From: Laetmonice hystrix
Taxonomy: Eukaryota
Direction of reading: 5' to 3'
Length of the DNA: 64,000 bases
Assembly: GCA_965235115.1 (NCBI GenBank)
Contig: OZ249449.1
Location: 8,804,001-8,868,000 of the forward strand
Positions within the stretch are counted from its first letter, which is position 1, and every line of letters starts with the position of its first letter. Of this stretch, positions 52,411 through 64,000 are shown piece after piece. The notes under the pieces were generated by a model. That model made no database searches. It was not told where the DNA came from and saw only the letters and a program-made list of their open reading frames with translations. A program made the translations under genes and the position numbers.

Positions 52411-52680
52411 CAGTGGCGTATCCAGAAATCTTTTAAGGGGGGTTTCCGAAGTTTAGGTACTTCAGAGATGGCCATTAGACCATGGTTCCCTGAGTAATTA
52501 AAAAAAGAAGACATCATGCAATCTCGGGACATCGTGTGGAAATATGAAGGTTTCCTTTGGTTAAAATAATGCATTTTACACCCCTTTTTTTACCTAAATG
52601 TCCTTAATATGGTAATTTTTTTTAAGGGGGGGGGGGTTCCAGGATACTTGGAAACCCCCCTGGATAGGCCTACGCCACTG
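52411..52680. mobile_element. hAT-like MITE, paralog of 23781, with a 6-bp insertion in the right TIR
   Basis: CTGGATAGGCCTACGCCACTG versus CTGGATACGCCACTG. Confidence 0.8.
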
Positions 52681-53765
52681 CGACACATACGGGGCCCGAT
52701 GGCCCAGAAACCAAGAGGTGTTCCAACCTAAAACCAAGTGGACCCCAAGCCTAGGTCCATAGACTTCATTTTCGGCTTGGTCCCAGGGTGGGATACATAG
52801 GGTTCCGTCTATTCCCGGCCCCAAATACAATGTATATCTTTTCAACGGCCGGCTGTCCGATATGTCACGCTCAGAATTCCCCCTCAAATGTACCCGACAT
52901 TTCCAACGTTTGTAGACAATTTTAACAGAAAGAGTCTTTCCCCTCTTGGTTGTAGGCCTATGTCAGTTATTCAACTAGATAATGTGGAGTGGTCGTTGTG
53001 ATAAGATTCGCTGAGTGTGAGCATTTGTAGCGGCGAGTCTGTCAATATATCATGATAGTTCGAAAGAATTGGACCTATAGTATACTAATAGGCCTATGGT
53101 TTAAGGACAAGTGCTAGTGTGAGGCCAAAACAAATTGTGCGACCAATTTTTTTTTAATTTTGCAGATAAACAGAGTATGTTCTTTCAAAATTCAGCAAAA
53201 AATGATACCTCACCGGGTTAGTTTTTTTTTGTTAAGAGCGTTTGAAATTGTATATGTTCGTCATGTACGTCATGTACACTGTAAACTATTTTTCATTTTT
53301 ACCACTTCTATTTGTTATAACGGTGACATCCGCTGGATAGGGGATGGGATAATAAGGGAAAACTGTTTCACTGGCAACCGAGGTAGAGCATGTTTATAGC
53401 CCAATCGAGCCGGACGATCATGTATATACTCGGAAAGAGAGCGGCGGTGTGTCGTACTGGATGTTTACACCGAAAGTTCCAGTTTCGGAGGAAGTGGGCT
53501 TTCAGCGCTGGCGGTGCATAGCGGGATTTGAGTGACCTAGTTTTGAGAAACTCCCGTATTACGACTAGATGGTTGACCTCGGAATTTCTCAACTAGATTT
53601 CGCAGTTTCGGGATATGTACCTCTTATCAGACATTAGTTCGTAAATGTGGCAAATTTTTAGAAGTGTTGAGGGAGATTACTACTGACGTTTTTCTCATAA
53701 GTCCATCCTGGGTGACGCACGGATCTACATTTGAGATGATATTCTACTTATGTCCCCATCTGGAA

Positions 53766-56283
53766 ATGGGACCGTTTCCGAAACTAAGAAATGTATGTAT
53801 CCGTTCCAATTTTTAAAGAATTCTCAGCGTTTTTATTGATGACCTTTAGCCTTTTGATGGTGGTGGGGGTCGTATCAAAATCCTACGAATTATAAAAAGT
53901 CTTCTTATCTAGAATCCGGTGTAGAATGCTAATTTTTGGGGTAAAAAAATCCTTCCATTTTGGACACAGGTCCATAGACATGGACATTAATTATACTGCA
54001 AATGATTTATGTTTTCTTGCAGGACATCAGGCTGTGTTTTAACTACACATGGGTCATTTGCGCCGCGTCGTTCTTCGTGAAAACCGTGTCTGGTGGCGTG
54101 ACGTACTCCATGGGGGTGTTTTACATAATCTTCTGTGAAAAACTGGAGGGAAGCAAAGAAATGATAGCCTTGGCCACATCCATGAATCTCGCTGTTATGT
54201 GTTCAACTGGTGAAGAAAATACTTAAAGATGTCCTCTCAGGGACTTTAAAAAATGCATGGTCATTTGAAAAGATACGTCTATAGCCTATTATAGCTGTTG
54301 ATATCATTGATAGTTTCTCGAACTTTTTGATACTTTTTTATTGTGTGAAACACCCCCCATATAAGTCATCAAATGGACTTTTCCAGATTTAAACATCTTT
54401 AGAGCCCAAGATCCGACTCTGTTGGTTGGGGACTCCATCTGTTCCCACATAGAGTTGTTACAATGTCTATGTTCCAACGATGCGGGTATAATGTATAGTC
54501 TGCATGAACGTATCCAGAGGGGCCCCCTGTAACTAAATTTTCTGCCCCCCCCGGACCCAATCGACCATATACCTCGTGGCAATCACACAAATTATACACA
54601 AGTAGTTTACATATTCGGAAAGAAGTTATGTGATTCCATTTGCAGGACCAATCTCTGCAGTTCTTGTCGCCAGGTGCGGAGAGAGATGGACCACCATTGC
54701 CGGGGCTCTCCTGGGAACAGTGGGCATGGTCTCTGCTTCCTTCTCTACCAACGTGTTTCATCTAGTCTTCACATACGGTATCCTCACTGGAGTAGGTCTG
54801 GGCCTGACCGGTGTTCCGTCCTTGTCAATCCAGGCCAAGTACTGTGATAAACGCTTAGGGTTAGCCACCGGCATAGTGATGTCTGGGACTGGATTTGGGG
54901 CTTTCCTTTTTCCAAGACTCGTAGTTCTCCTTGAGGAACATTTCGGATGGCGTGGAGCGTTGGTGTTACTCGGCGGAGTTTTCCTCAACGTGACTGTCAG
55001 TGGCGCCCTCTACCGGACTGTGCCAAAAGTTTCCACGTCTTGTGATGACCTGTCCAGTCGGAATACATGCGGGGGAAGATATAGGAACTTCATATCTATG
55101 TTCCGCAATGTTCCATTCGTGTGTCTATGCCTTGGCATGACTTCGTTTTGGTTCTTTAACACCATCATGTACACCCATTTTGGTGCCTACTCTCTGTATC
55201 TTGGACACAGAAAAGATGGTGTAACGATTCTTTACCAGATCCTGGCGGTCACCGTCACAGTTGGTAGGATACTGGCAGGCACCATTGCTCAAATTCCGTG
55301 CGTAAATTCCAGAGTACTGATAATCATGGCTACTCTTTTCCTGGCTCTATGCACTACAGTGGTCCCTGTGTTTACAAGCTGGGCCGTCTTGGCGGGATTT
55401 GCGTCTGTCATGGGGCTACTCCTGGGACCCGCCAACGTCCTTGCTTATCCTGTTGTCAACACGATGGTCAGACCAGAAGATGTGCCGATGGCGTTTGGAT
55501 TGTTGACGGTTTTTGGTGGGCCTGCAATGTTTGGTGGTGCGGTGGGGGGTAAGAATGCCACAGATCCTTGTTCTTAATAAGATTCTAAGTCAATAGCCTT
55601 GGACATAATAACACATTCATTGCGGCTACTTTGTAGGAAGGCAAAGAAAGAAATCAGGTTCATCAAGCAACCCCCCAAAAAGGTTTATTCTTCAATATCA
55701 TTGATAGTTTCTCTTTTAATGTTATCATGATTGGTATTGTGTGAAAGAACTCACATAAAACCCGCATAAAACCAGTAATTATTTATGTCAATGATAGCCT
55801 TGGTCTATAACTACAATTTCTTCTAGTGATTCCAAGCTTGGAGATAACAAATGTTTAGAGCTACTCCTGCCAATTTGATCTCAATTGGTGAATGTCTTTT
55901 ATTCACACTTTTGTCTGGCTATCTGGATATCTACCAACAAAAAACGTGACCCAGAAAGGATCCGTGATCGATAATCGTTACAATATGCCCTGATAAGGCT
56001 ACATTATTCAAACATAATGTTACTTTCAGCGGTGCCAGTATGCACTAATCGTCTTCTTTTCAGTGAAACAATGTCTGTTTATATATTTACAGCCTCAGTG
56101 TACGAGTCGACAGGCAAGTACGCCAACATTCTATACGTGGGCGCCGGGTTTCTGTACGCTACAGTCCTGATTCTGGTGCCCATACTCTGGCAGGATCTCC
56201 AACACCTCTGTCAGTCACGTCTAAGTAAACAAAGGCAGACCACCATCCAGAGTCATGAGGTGGATGGAGTGACAGATTGCTGA
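53766..56283 (+). CDS. SLC16 type B copy B6 (435 aa). Exons 53766-53792, 54023-54209, 54646-55548, 56093-56283
   Basis: MGPFPKLRN|DIRLCFNYTW; canonical splice sites; open frame. Confidence 0.87.
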
Positions 56284-58022
56284 GTAAAACAACGGACAGA
56301 AAATAATCCTTTATCAGGCAAAATAGTTTCATCACTGCTTAATCTAGGCATCAATGTACGCGATGCGCGTTGGCATTTGTTTTTCAATTATCCTGATACA
56401 GCTTGGGTTTTACAGAGTAATGCTGGTCTTCTGCCCTTTCTAAAATGCCTGGAACAGCCCCAACTAATCTTGTTACTACTTGGAATTTATAGTAGGCCCT
56501 ATTGCCTTCACAATATCTTAAAATACATACGTTTGAATAAAAACACCTGGCACAATGCCAGAGTTAGGTATAGGGGACACGCCCCCTTGTTGTTGTTCTG
56601 AAAGTGCCATACAGACCAAACGTAGCGCCGTCTGGACGGATTCCGCTCAGTTATCCCTGGAATGGATCATGCGAGTAGTCGGTCTCGGGTTGGTCCCAGT
56701 AAGGTAAGTAGGTATCTAAATGCAGATTTTCCACCTTACCAGCTCTGAGGAGCCCAAGGGGTAACATTTACATGCAGACACCCGTAACTTCCTGCTGGAG
56801 CTTGCGCCCGCCACAGTGAGCGTGTAAACTATCTTGGTGTTGGCGGAATGGCCACGACTGTCATACGGTGTTGTAGTGACACGGGACAAATTCACTATAA
56901 TATTTTCAAAATAAATATGTTCAAAAATATTTTTTCTGCTTAATGAGGGCTTGGATTTGGGTCCCAAATGAAATAGACCCCCTCCCCCCCCCCCCCGATT
57001 TTGAAGTGAAGCAAAATAAGCATGTTGTTATTCATGTCTATTCTCGATAGATCTATGGGCCTATTTTTCCTCTAAATTTTTATCTGGAGGTGCCGGGAGG
57101 TAGGTCCCCTCTAGCATTTTTAGTCTTCAAAATGAAACATCTTTTTAAATAACAGTTAAATGAAGACGGATCAATGAAAATTTGTCAGGCACTAGTGTGT
57201 TGGCGACATCTTGTCAGCATGTTATGTTGTGTCCCCTGGCCAGTGAAACGTCTTTATAGTGAAGCATGGTAGGCTACCACCATGGGACACGTCAAGAGTC
57301 GACTCAAGATATGTACCGGCGCAATTTATACAGATATGTGCATGGTTTACCTCATTCAGCTGATGTAATGATATTATTGTATATATCTTATAAAGGATTC
57401 TGTGTCTGTATTGTGGTCATAGATTCATACATGCATTGCAGCAGTCAAAGCGATGCACTACAAAATGGACCCACATAGCCTAACCATATTGCTTTCATAA
57501 AAAGATGACATTATACTTAATGTACCATTATAATACAGTTTCAGTGGCAGATGCTCAGCCACACACAGTGGCGTATCCAGAAATCTTTTAAGGGGGGTTT
57601 CCGAAGTTTAGGTACTTCAGAGATGGCCATTAGGCCATGGTTCCCTGAGTAATTAAAAAAAGAAGACATCAAATAATGCAATCTCGGGACATCGTGTGGA
57701 AATATGAAGGTTTCCTTTGGTTAAAATAATGCATTTTACACCTTTTTTTTACCTAAATGTCCTTAATATGGTAATTTTTTAAGGGGGCGGGAGTTTCCAA
57801 GATACTTGGAACCCCCTGGATACGCCACTGCGACACATACGGGGCCCGATGGCCCAGAAACCAAGAGGTGTTCCAACCTCAAACCAAGTGGACCCTAAGC
57901 CTAGGTCCATACACTTCATTTTCGGCTTGGTCCCAGGGTGGGATACATAGGGTTCCGTCTATACCCGGCCCCAAATACAATGTATCTCTTTTCAACGACC
58001 GGCTGTCCGATATGTCACGCTC
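56284..58022. repeat. Third copy of the B-downstream spacer (= ~22562-24238 and ~51113-52872)
   Basis: Colinear, including the antisense exon relic and the hAT-like MITE at 57566-57830. Homology stops at ~58022. Confidence 0.88.
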
Positions 58023-58137
58023 ACAGTGACAGTTTGGCAGTGCTGTCGGCTTCTGTGACTGTTGGATGACATAAAAACGGAGGCCATTTTTTGTGGCCTA
58101 GAATAATTGTGATCGACATGGCATTTCGTTCATTTTT

Positions 58138-58214
58138 AGAGAGAGAGACAGAGACATAGAGAGAGACAGAAACATAGAGAGAGACAGAGACATAGAGAGA
58201 GACAGAGACAGAGA
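58138..58214. repeat. GA-rich compound microsatellite (GAGAGAGACAGAGACATA)n
   Basis: About 3.5 copies of an 18-bp unit. Confidence 0.9.
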
Positions 58215-60750
58215 AACGAAAAGAAAAAAGAAAAAGTGAACTTGGTCTTAGTCGACTAGATACGTTCATCCTACCGTTCGAAGATCTGGCGTCTGAGACA
58301 ACAACCCAATGATAACCGCCAATACGGAACTATGCCACAGATGGACCCACTGACGGGGAACGGGTTGTATTGCTACATCCCTTTAGAAGAGTCGTATCAC
58401 ACTTTTCTTAGCCTTGCACCCTCCCGGCTCCAAGTGGACACTGTGTGACTCATCATACTCTCAGTGTTTGAACCATCAGCACGTGTTGCCAGAGACTACG
58501 ACCGAACGTGGACCCATGCAAGCTCCTTCCGACCCATCAGCCAGTTGATGGAAGACAGACCCGAGTCTATCTAAGCGATACTTTCAGGCGTGACCGTTCA
58601 CTGTACATATGACCGGTGGGTTCGTGGCTTTATATAGTGGGGAGGTCAAGCTGGATCTCTAGAGTGGTGTCCAACACAACCACATTGTTTTAGTAAGATA
58701 TAAACATTTTACAGGCGACATCCAAAGCCTTGGATATGCAGATCCCGTCTGGGGGACTACAAATGAGGTGGCGATCCACAGTTTCTTTCTGCAAGTTGAT
58801 TTTATTAAAAGATATTAATAAAAATGATAACATCAGGGCAACATGGACAATGAGGCACGTGACACCGACGTTCTGCATACGACAGTCGTCACTCAGCGTT
58901 TTCCAGGTAGAACAGTATTTCATATTAATCAAGACACCATTTCCACCGTCCTGTCTCTCCAAATTAAGTCAAGGTGCTACCACAGAATAGCTAGATACCT
59001 ACTCTGTGGTGCTACAACCAAGCATGTCTGGCGGTGTCATACTGTCTACAGGTAAAACTGTTGACTGTAACTGACTGACTGACGTACAGAGTCACCGGCG
59101 TGAGGTGTAGCAAACAAACCTGGACAATAGAAACCACCACCTGGAATTTATAGCACAAGGATTTATTAGAGCAGTGCGTTTACAGGCATATCTTTCACCT
59201 ACTCTGTTTACCACACAAATCTTGCTTACTTTTATACAGTAATTCATTTTGATTATTGTTTGTTCATGAAGGAGTAAACGTTTTAATAGCAACTAATGGA
59301 ATGTGTGCCCCTGACTCCATGGATCTGCAGCTAATACCAATTATGAGGACCTAAGAGATTATAAAAGGATGCAGTTTCCCAGCATCTGGAGATAGAAGTT
59401 GTGACGTTTCTCAAAGTATTTAGGCCCATAGCCTACTAATAACATGCGCGGGGGGGGGGGGGGGGTCTGGGGTCCTTCCTAAACATTTTTTGAATTTAGA
59501 AGGCCAAAAACGCTATTTTCTGATCAAAAAGGGGGCCGGACCCCCTGGATCCGCCCCTGGGCCTATATTTTCTTAACATAGGCCCGTAGGCCTTATAATA
59601 ACATAATATGCCTAACCCATATTTTTCTAACCTATATTTCACTGTTTTATATCACACTTAGATATTTTTTTAACATGTAGGCCCATAGCTCCTATAACAT
59701 AGAAAACTTTTTTACACTAGTTAGTATTGGATACGTGTGGCCTATGCATGGACTTTGGGCCCAAGGGGCGGGTCTTCATCATACCCCCCCCCCCCGACCT
59801 CCCACCCCCTTGGTTACGGGCCTACATCATGATGTTTGGGCCTGTAATGGTATATACCTAACAAATAATAAATACCAGGTGATATAACTGAATAAATCTT
59901 ACCCAATGAATAAAATAAATGAATATGACAGTTATAAAACACTGTCCCATTGCCACCCTAACGATTTTACTTATTGGCAGGTATGAATCTTTACTTAACT
60001 CTCACAGAGGAACGTTGCAAGGTTCAGTGAATTTTATTCAAGAGAACTTGGACACGTTTTCTGAATTCCCACAAGAGGTCGCCTGCTGACGCCTCCGGAA
60101 GTCAATCTATTTCCAGAATCCTCTCTCTGCGCCACGACACTTCGGGAACGCACATCCGTTGTTATCCAGAATCTATCTTATCTGCGTGCTCCCTCATCCA
60201 TCCAGATTCAATGTTCCAGTGCTAGCCTACCACGGATTTCCCTGGTTGGGGCTGTTGCCCGCCTTGTTAGGGGGATTCAGTTAAGTGGTTCATTTTATTG
60301 TTCTTCCTTAACGCTCTTTCTTCACGCTCTCTGCCCCGGGATGGTGCACATTTTTATTATCTGCGCCACCCATGTTCGCCCATTGACCTAATTCATGCTT
60401 CATCCGTCACAGGTATTCTCACGTAGAGGTCTACCTCTCACAGAGGTAAGTTGAAGGAGCTGAAATAATCATTGCGCTACCCATTGTAACACTGGTGTGA
60501 GGCGCTTTGCTTCGCATAGAATCCATGTGTGATAGTTGTGTGTGGTCGGCAATTTGTCATGTGTACAGTATGTGTGGTAATATACATAAAATGGAAAGTC
60601 TGATTATATTTGGTTAGAGATAGTCATCACTTAACTCTCCCAGGTACACTTTTCACAGTTAGTGCTCCCAACTTTGGAATCTATTCCTGAAACTGTTGGT
60701 GTTACCTACCCGTCTATAATGCAGAATTGTTGCACTGTTCTTTTAGCATT

Positions 60751-62697
60751 ATGGCCAAGCCAGTGGTTGATTCTGGCTACAGCTGGGTGGTGTGTGCTGC
60801 CAGTGTTACAGCCAACGCCTTGCACGCCGCAATACTTCTCTCCATGGGTATCATCTACATCATGTTCAGCAGACATTTCCACGACTCGCAGACCGTCGTG
60901 GCGCTGATTCCCTCACTTTGCTGGGGGATGCTCTTTTTTTCGGGTAATACACAGTCGATGACATCAAGTGATGTTATAAATCTCAGAATACATGTATAAT
61001 GAATGCAATGCAATGCAATGAAAACTTGGGAAGAACGATTTTTGGAATCCTCGTTGTCTCGTGATAAGTTTCAATAATGAATGACTAATTGGACGGTGAA
61101 ACTCCTTCTGCAGGAATAAATAGACATGTAGACTTGCACATCCAGACTTACGTCTTTCTTAGTAGGGTCCAGATCTTTCTCATTGCTCTTTTTCAGGACC
61201 TCTGTGTGGTATTTTCGTAGAGCGATATGGTGAACGAAGAGTCTCAATATTTGGAGCGACATTGTCTTCTGCCAGTTTGGTTATGACGTCATTTGCAACA
61301 AGCTCTGGCCAAGTCCTTTTTACCTATGGAATACTGCTAGGAATCGGGCTGAGCTCCATATACGTACCAGCCATGTCCATCCTGACAAAATATTTCGACA
61401 AACGACTCGGTTTCGCTGTTGGACTTGCCAGTGGTGGGATCGGAGTAGCCTCAATGACTTTTCCTGTCGTGATCCAACGTTTAGATGAGGTGTACGGTTG
61501 GCGGGGGGCCATTTTAATGATGGCCGGCCTCCTACTGAATTGTGGGGTTTGTGGCGCCATCTACAGGCCAAATAAAGATATGGAAGTAGGAAACAAGAAG
61601 GCAGCAAGAGAAACGTCAGGTGGAATTTTCCGACAATGCCTGAAGTATTTCACTCTGTTACGAAATCAAGCACTTCTATCGCTGTGTCTGAGCACAGGAA
61701 TATATTTGATGGCGACAAGTGTGATATATTTACATTTGGGATGGTACGCGTTAAGTTTGGGGTACACCGAAGAGGATGCTGCATTTCTATATTTCATCCT
61801 TGGAATCTCTTCAACAGTTGCCAGATTTCTGTCAGGCGTTTTGCTACAAATACCCCGAATGAATCCCTTAATTATTTCCTTGTCAGTAAATACTCTGCTT
61901 GGTGTCTTGACGGTTGTCTTTCCAGTGTTTCTGTCGTCCTTACGTGGTCTGGTCGCGTTTGCTGTTGTTTACGGCATACTGTCAGCGCCCATGCATTCTT
62001 ACTGGCTTCCCAACGCGGCCCAGTTGGTTGACCTAGATTCCGTCCCGACCGCCTTTGGGACTCTGTGTCTATCTGCCGGCCCTGGAACCATCCTTGGTGG
62101 GCCGCTTGGTGGTATGAGTTCTTCCTTCTCGAGTAGAGTCAAGCCAATTGCATGCCAATAGATTGTGGTTCTTTGCAGTTCCCTTTGCGGAGTGATTGCC
62201 GTGTGTTGTGGTGTGCTGCGTAGTCGGACCCTATCGTTGTGGTCTCCTTGCGGTGTCCTTGCAGCTTTTTCTCATGGTTTCAAACGCCGTAAGACATCGC
62301 AAGATTTCTTGTGATCCATCGCGATAATCAAGTTTTTACAAAAATAATCCATAAGGAACCACAGTCTGTGGCCAATTGGCTTAACCCAAAAGTTTTTCAT
62401 AATCTTGGTTGGCCGCTCTAGGCACCATTAAAGAATTGAACATAATTTTCGCCGTCTATAGATAAAAAGTGATCTTAAGTCACCACTTAAAGCAACTATC
62501 GATGACTTGTTCCTTATACACCCACAGAAATCCTGTATCGATCAACCGGGAATTATGGGATGTCGTTTCACTTGGCGGGGGGTCTGATGGTGACATCAGG
62601 CCTCGTTCTCATTCATACCGTCTGCAGCCAGCTCCGCGGAGCACGTCCAGCAACAACGCTCCAGGAAAGAAAAGTTGGACAAATTGAGAAAATATAA
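60751..62697 (+). CDS. SLC16 type A copy A4, inverted (425 aa). Exons 60751-60943, 61197-62111, 62528-62697
   Basis: Exon sizes 193/915/170, canonical sites, open frame ending GQIEKI*. Confidence 0.9.
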
Positions 62698-64000
62698 AGG
62701 AAACGGGGTTTCAAGGCATTCTGGTGGTAGTGTTGGCAGTCTAGCGTAGATCAATTGCAGAGATAATAGTTACGTCTAGTTTCTCTAGCTATTAGCAATA
62801 ATGCTACTGTAATTGATTAAATATCATGAATAGGCCTACTCACCGACACTGGTAACTTGCTACGCCTGTTTAGAATCGTTTTACGTTGTATTACGTTCAA
62901 GAGGTGCCTTATGTTTTTCTTAATTGATAATATTAAAATATACCTTATTGCAACAGAGACGCGAAAGGACTATACATTTGATTGACGGGTTGAGGAGACT
63001 ACAAATCTCGGTAATGAGAAGGCCTGAATGAAATCAAGGTTAACTCATAAACCTGCTAAGAAACGCCCAAAGTCAAAATCTCGGTAAATTTGGGACTTGC
63101 CCCCACATTAGTCTAAGTAATCGTCTTGGTGGACTATTTCTTGGTATAATGGCGGACGTGGATTTGCGTGACTTACCAGGGCTGCATAAACTGGCTAAAA
63201 CTCCAGTCCCACTAGAACCTGCGATTCCCCGCGACCAGTCCAGTCGTGCGACTAGGGTCGGTCGTTGGCAATCGTGGATATTCCCTGCTATTTGAGCGTA
63301 GCAGTCACATTGTAAGACCCGTCGTGCGGCCTGTATGGGTGTAGCTGGGACATATCGGGTCGTTTTGGGTGGAAAACTGTGGACATATCGTGCCGCAACA
63401 AAGTTTCCATCGCTAACCGACGCAAATCCCCAGGATTTGTGAGAAACAGTTTGCAGTAAAAAATAAGGTTGCAACAAAGCTTTGCAGCACCGGGGAGTTC
63501 TGTGCTAGGCCGGGGTCTTTTTTATTCTATGGATCTGTTTGTCATAATTAACTGAATTCTGTTAGGACAATTTACTACGTTTAATGCCATATGTAGCCTA
63601 TGTTTTGCTCTGACTGCGCTTATAATTCGTTCTTCCAGGATCAGAAATAATGGTCTATCTAAAGACAGACCTTAATGATTTTTTTAGAATAGATGTTCTA
63701 CATTACACATATTACCAACACTCCCACAACCTTGTATTCTCTTTTTTGTTAAAGTTTTCTTTTTCTTTGACGACCAACCATTGATGCATGTTTGTCCTAG
63801 GCGGGGGGGGGGGGGGCACTAAATCACATGGTCTGTCCTTGTCCAAATAGCATGATGCTGGGTCTTCACCCAACGCTCATCTCTGGGCAAACGGAATCCC
63901 TATCCATAACTCTTACCCCTAACCCCTATTTCATTGGGACTTTGCTATAGGGGTAGGGCAAAATGATAGGGTGGGAGTTGAAAGGGCGGATTGTAAGGGA

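Larger units (their letters stand above)
31849..54749. repeat. Segmental duplication, copy 2 (A3, B4, B5, 5' part of B6)
   Basis: Starts GTAAGGCTCAGTCAGTGAGGCTTACGACC (= 5896) and is colinear to the position matching the B3 break. Confidence 0.9.

Noticed and set aside
59440-59824. hAT-like MITE ends (GGATCCGCCCCTG; TAGGCCCGTA...TACGGGCCTA), also at 396-433 and ~10535
   Set aside because: Partial ends without verifiable TSDs, so boundaries cannot be supported.
63073-63477. 134-aa minus-strand ORF
   Set aside because: Non-ATG start and no recognisable motif; lies just beyond the A4 homology breakpoint and cannot be supported.

Overview
This is spliced eukaryotic DNA from an animal, probably an invertebrate; I cannot assign a species. 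1-5.4 kb holds the 3' eight coding exons of GPS2. The rest, ~5.9-63 kb, is a young tandem array of 11 SLC16/MCT-family (MFS) transporter units in two divergent subfamilies. Type A has 3 coding exons (~425 aa): A1, a fragment A', A2 and A3 on the minus strand, and A4 inverted on the plus strand. Type B has 4 coding exons (~435 aa): B1-B6, all on the plus strand. A ~20-23 kb block (A<- B-> B-> B->) occurs twice, at 5.9-26.1 kb and 31.8-54.7 kb. Six genes look intact (A1, A2, A4, B1, B2, B6) and five are damaged: B3 and A' are fused tail-to-tail by a deletion, A3 has lost a donor, B4 an acceptor, and B5 is frameshifted. Comparing paralogs gives filled and empty sites for a solo LTR, a Tc1/mariner derivative, a 9-bp-TSD MITE, a short retro-insertion and a palindromic satellite, and shows TA->TAGGCCTA micro-insertions. 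The most interesting signals are the B3/A' fusion as a possible two-way antisense locus, SLC16s lacking the MCT1 proton-coupling residues and varying mainly in transmembrane helices, patchwork gene conversion, and the TA-palindrome-TA footprints. All coordinates, alignments and counts were done by eye; no database searches were run.
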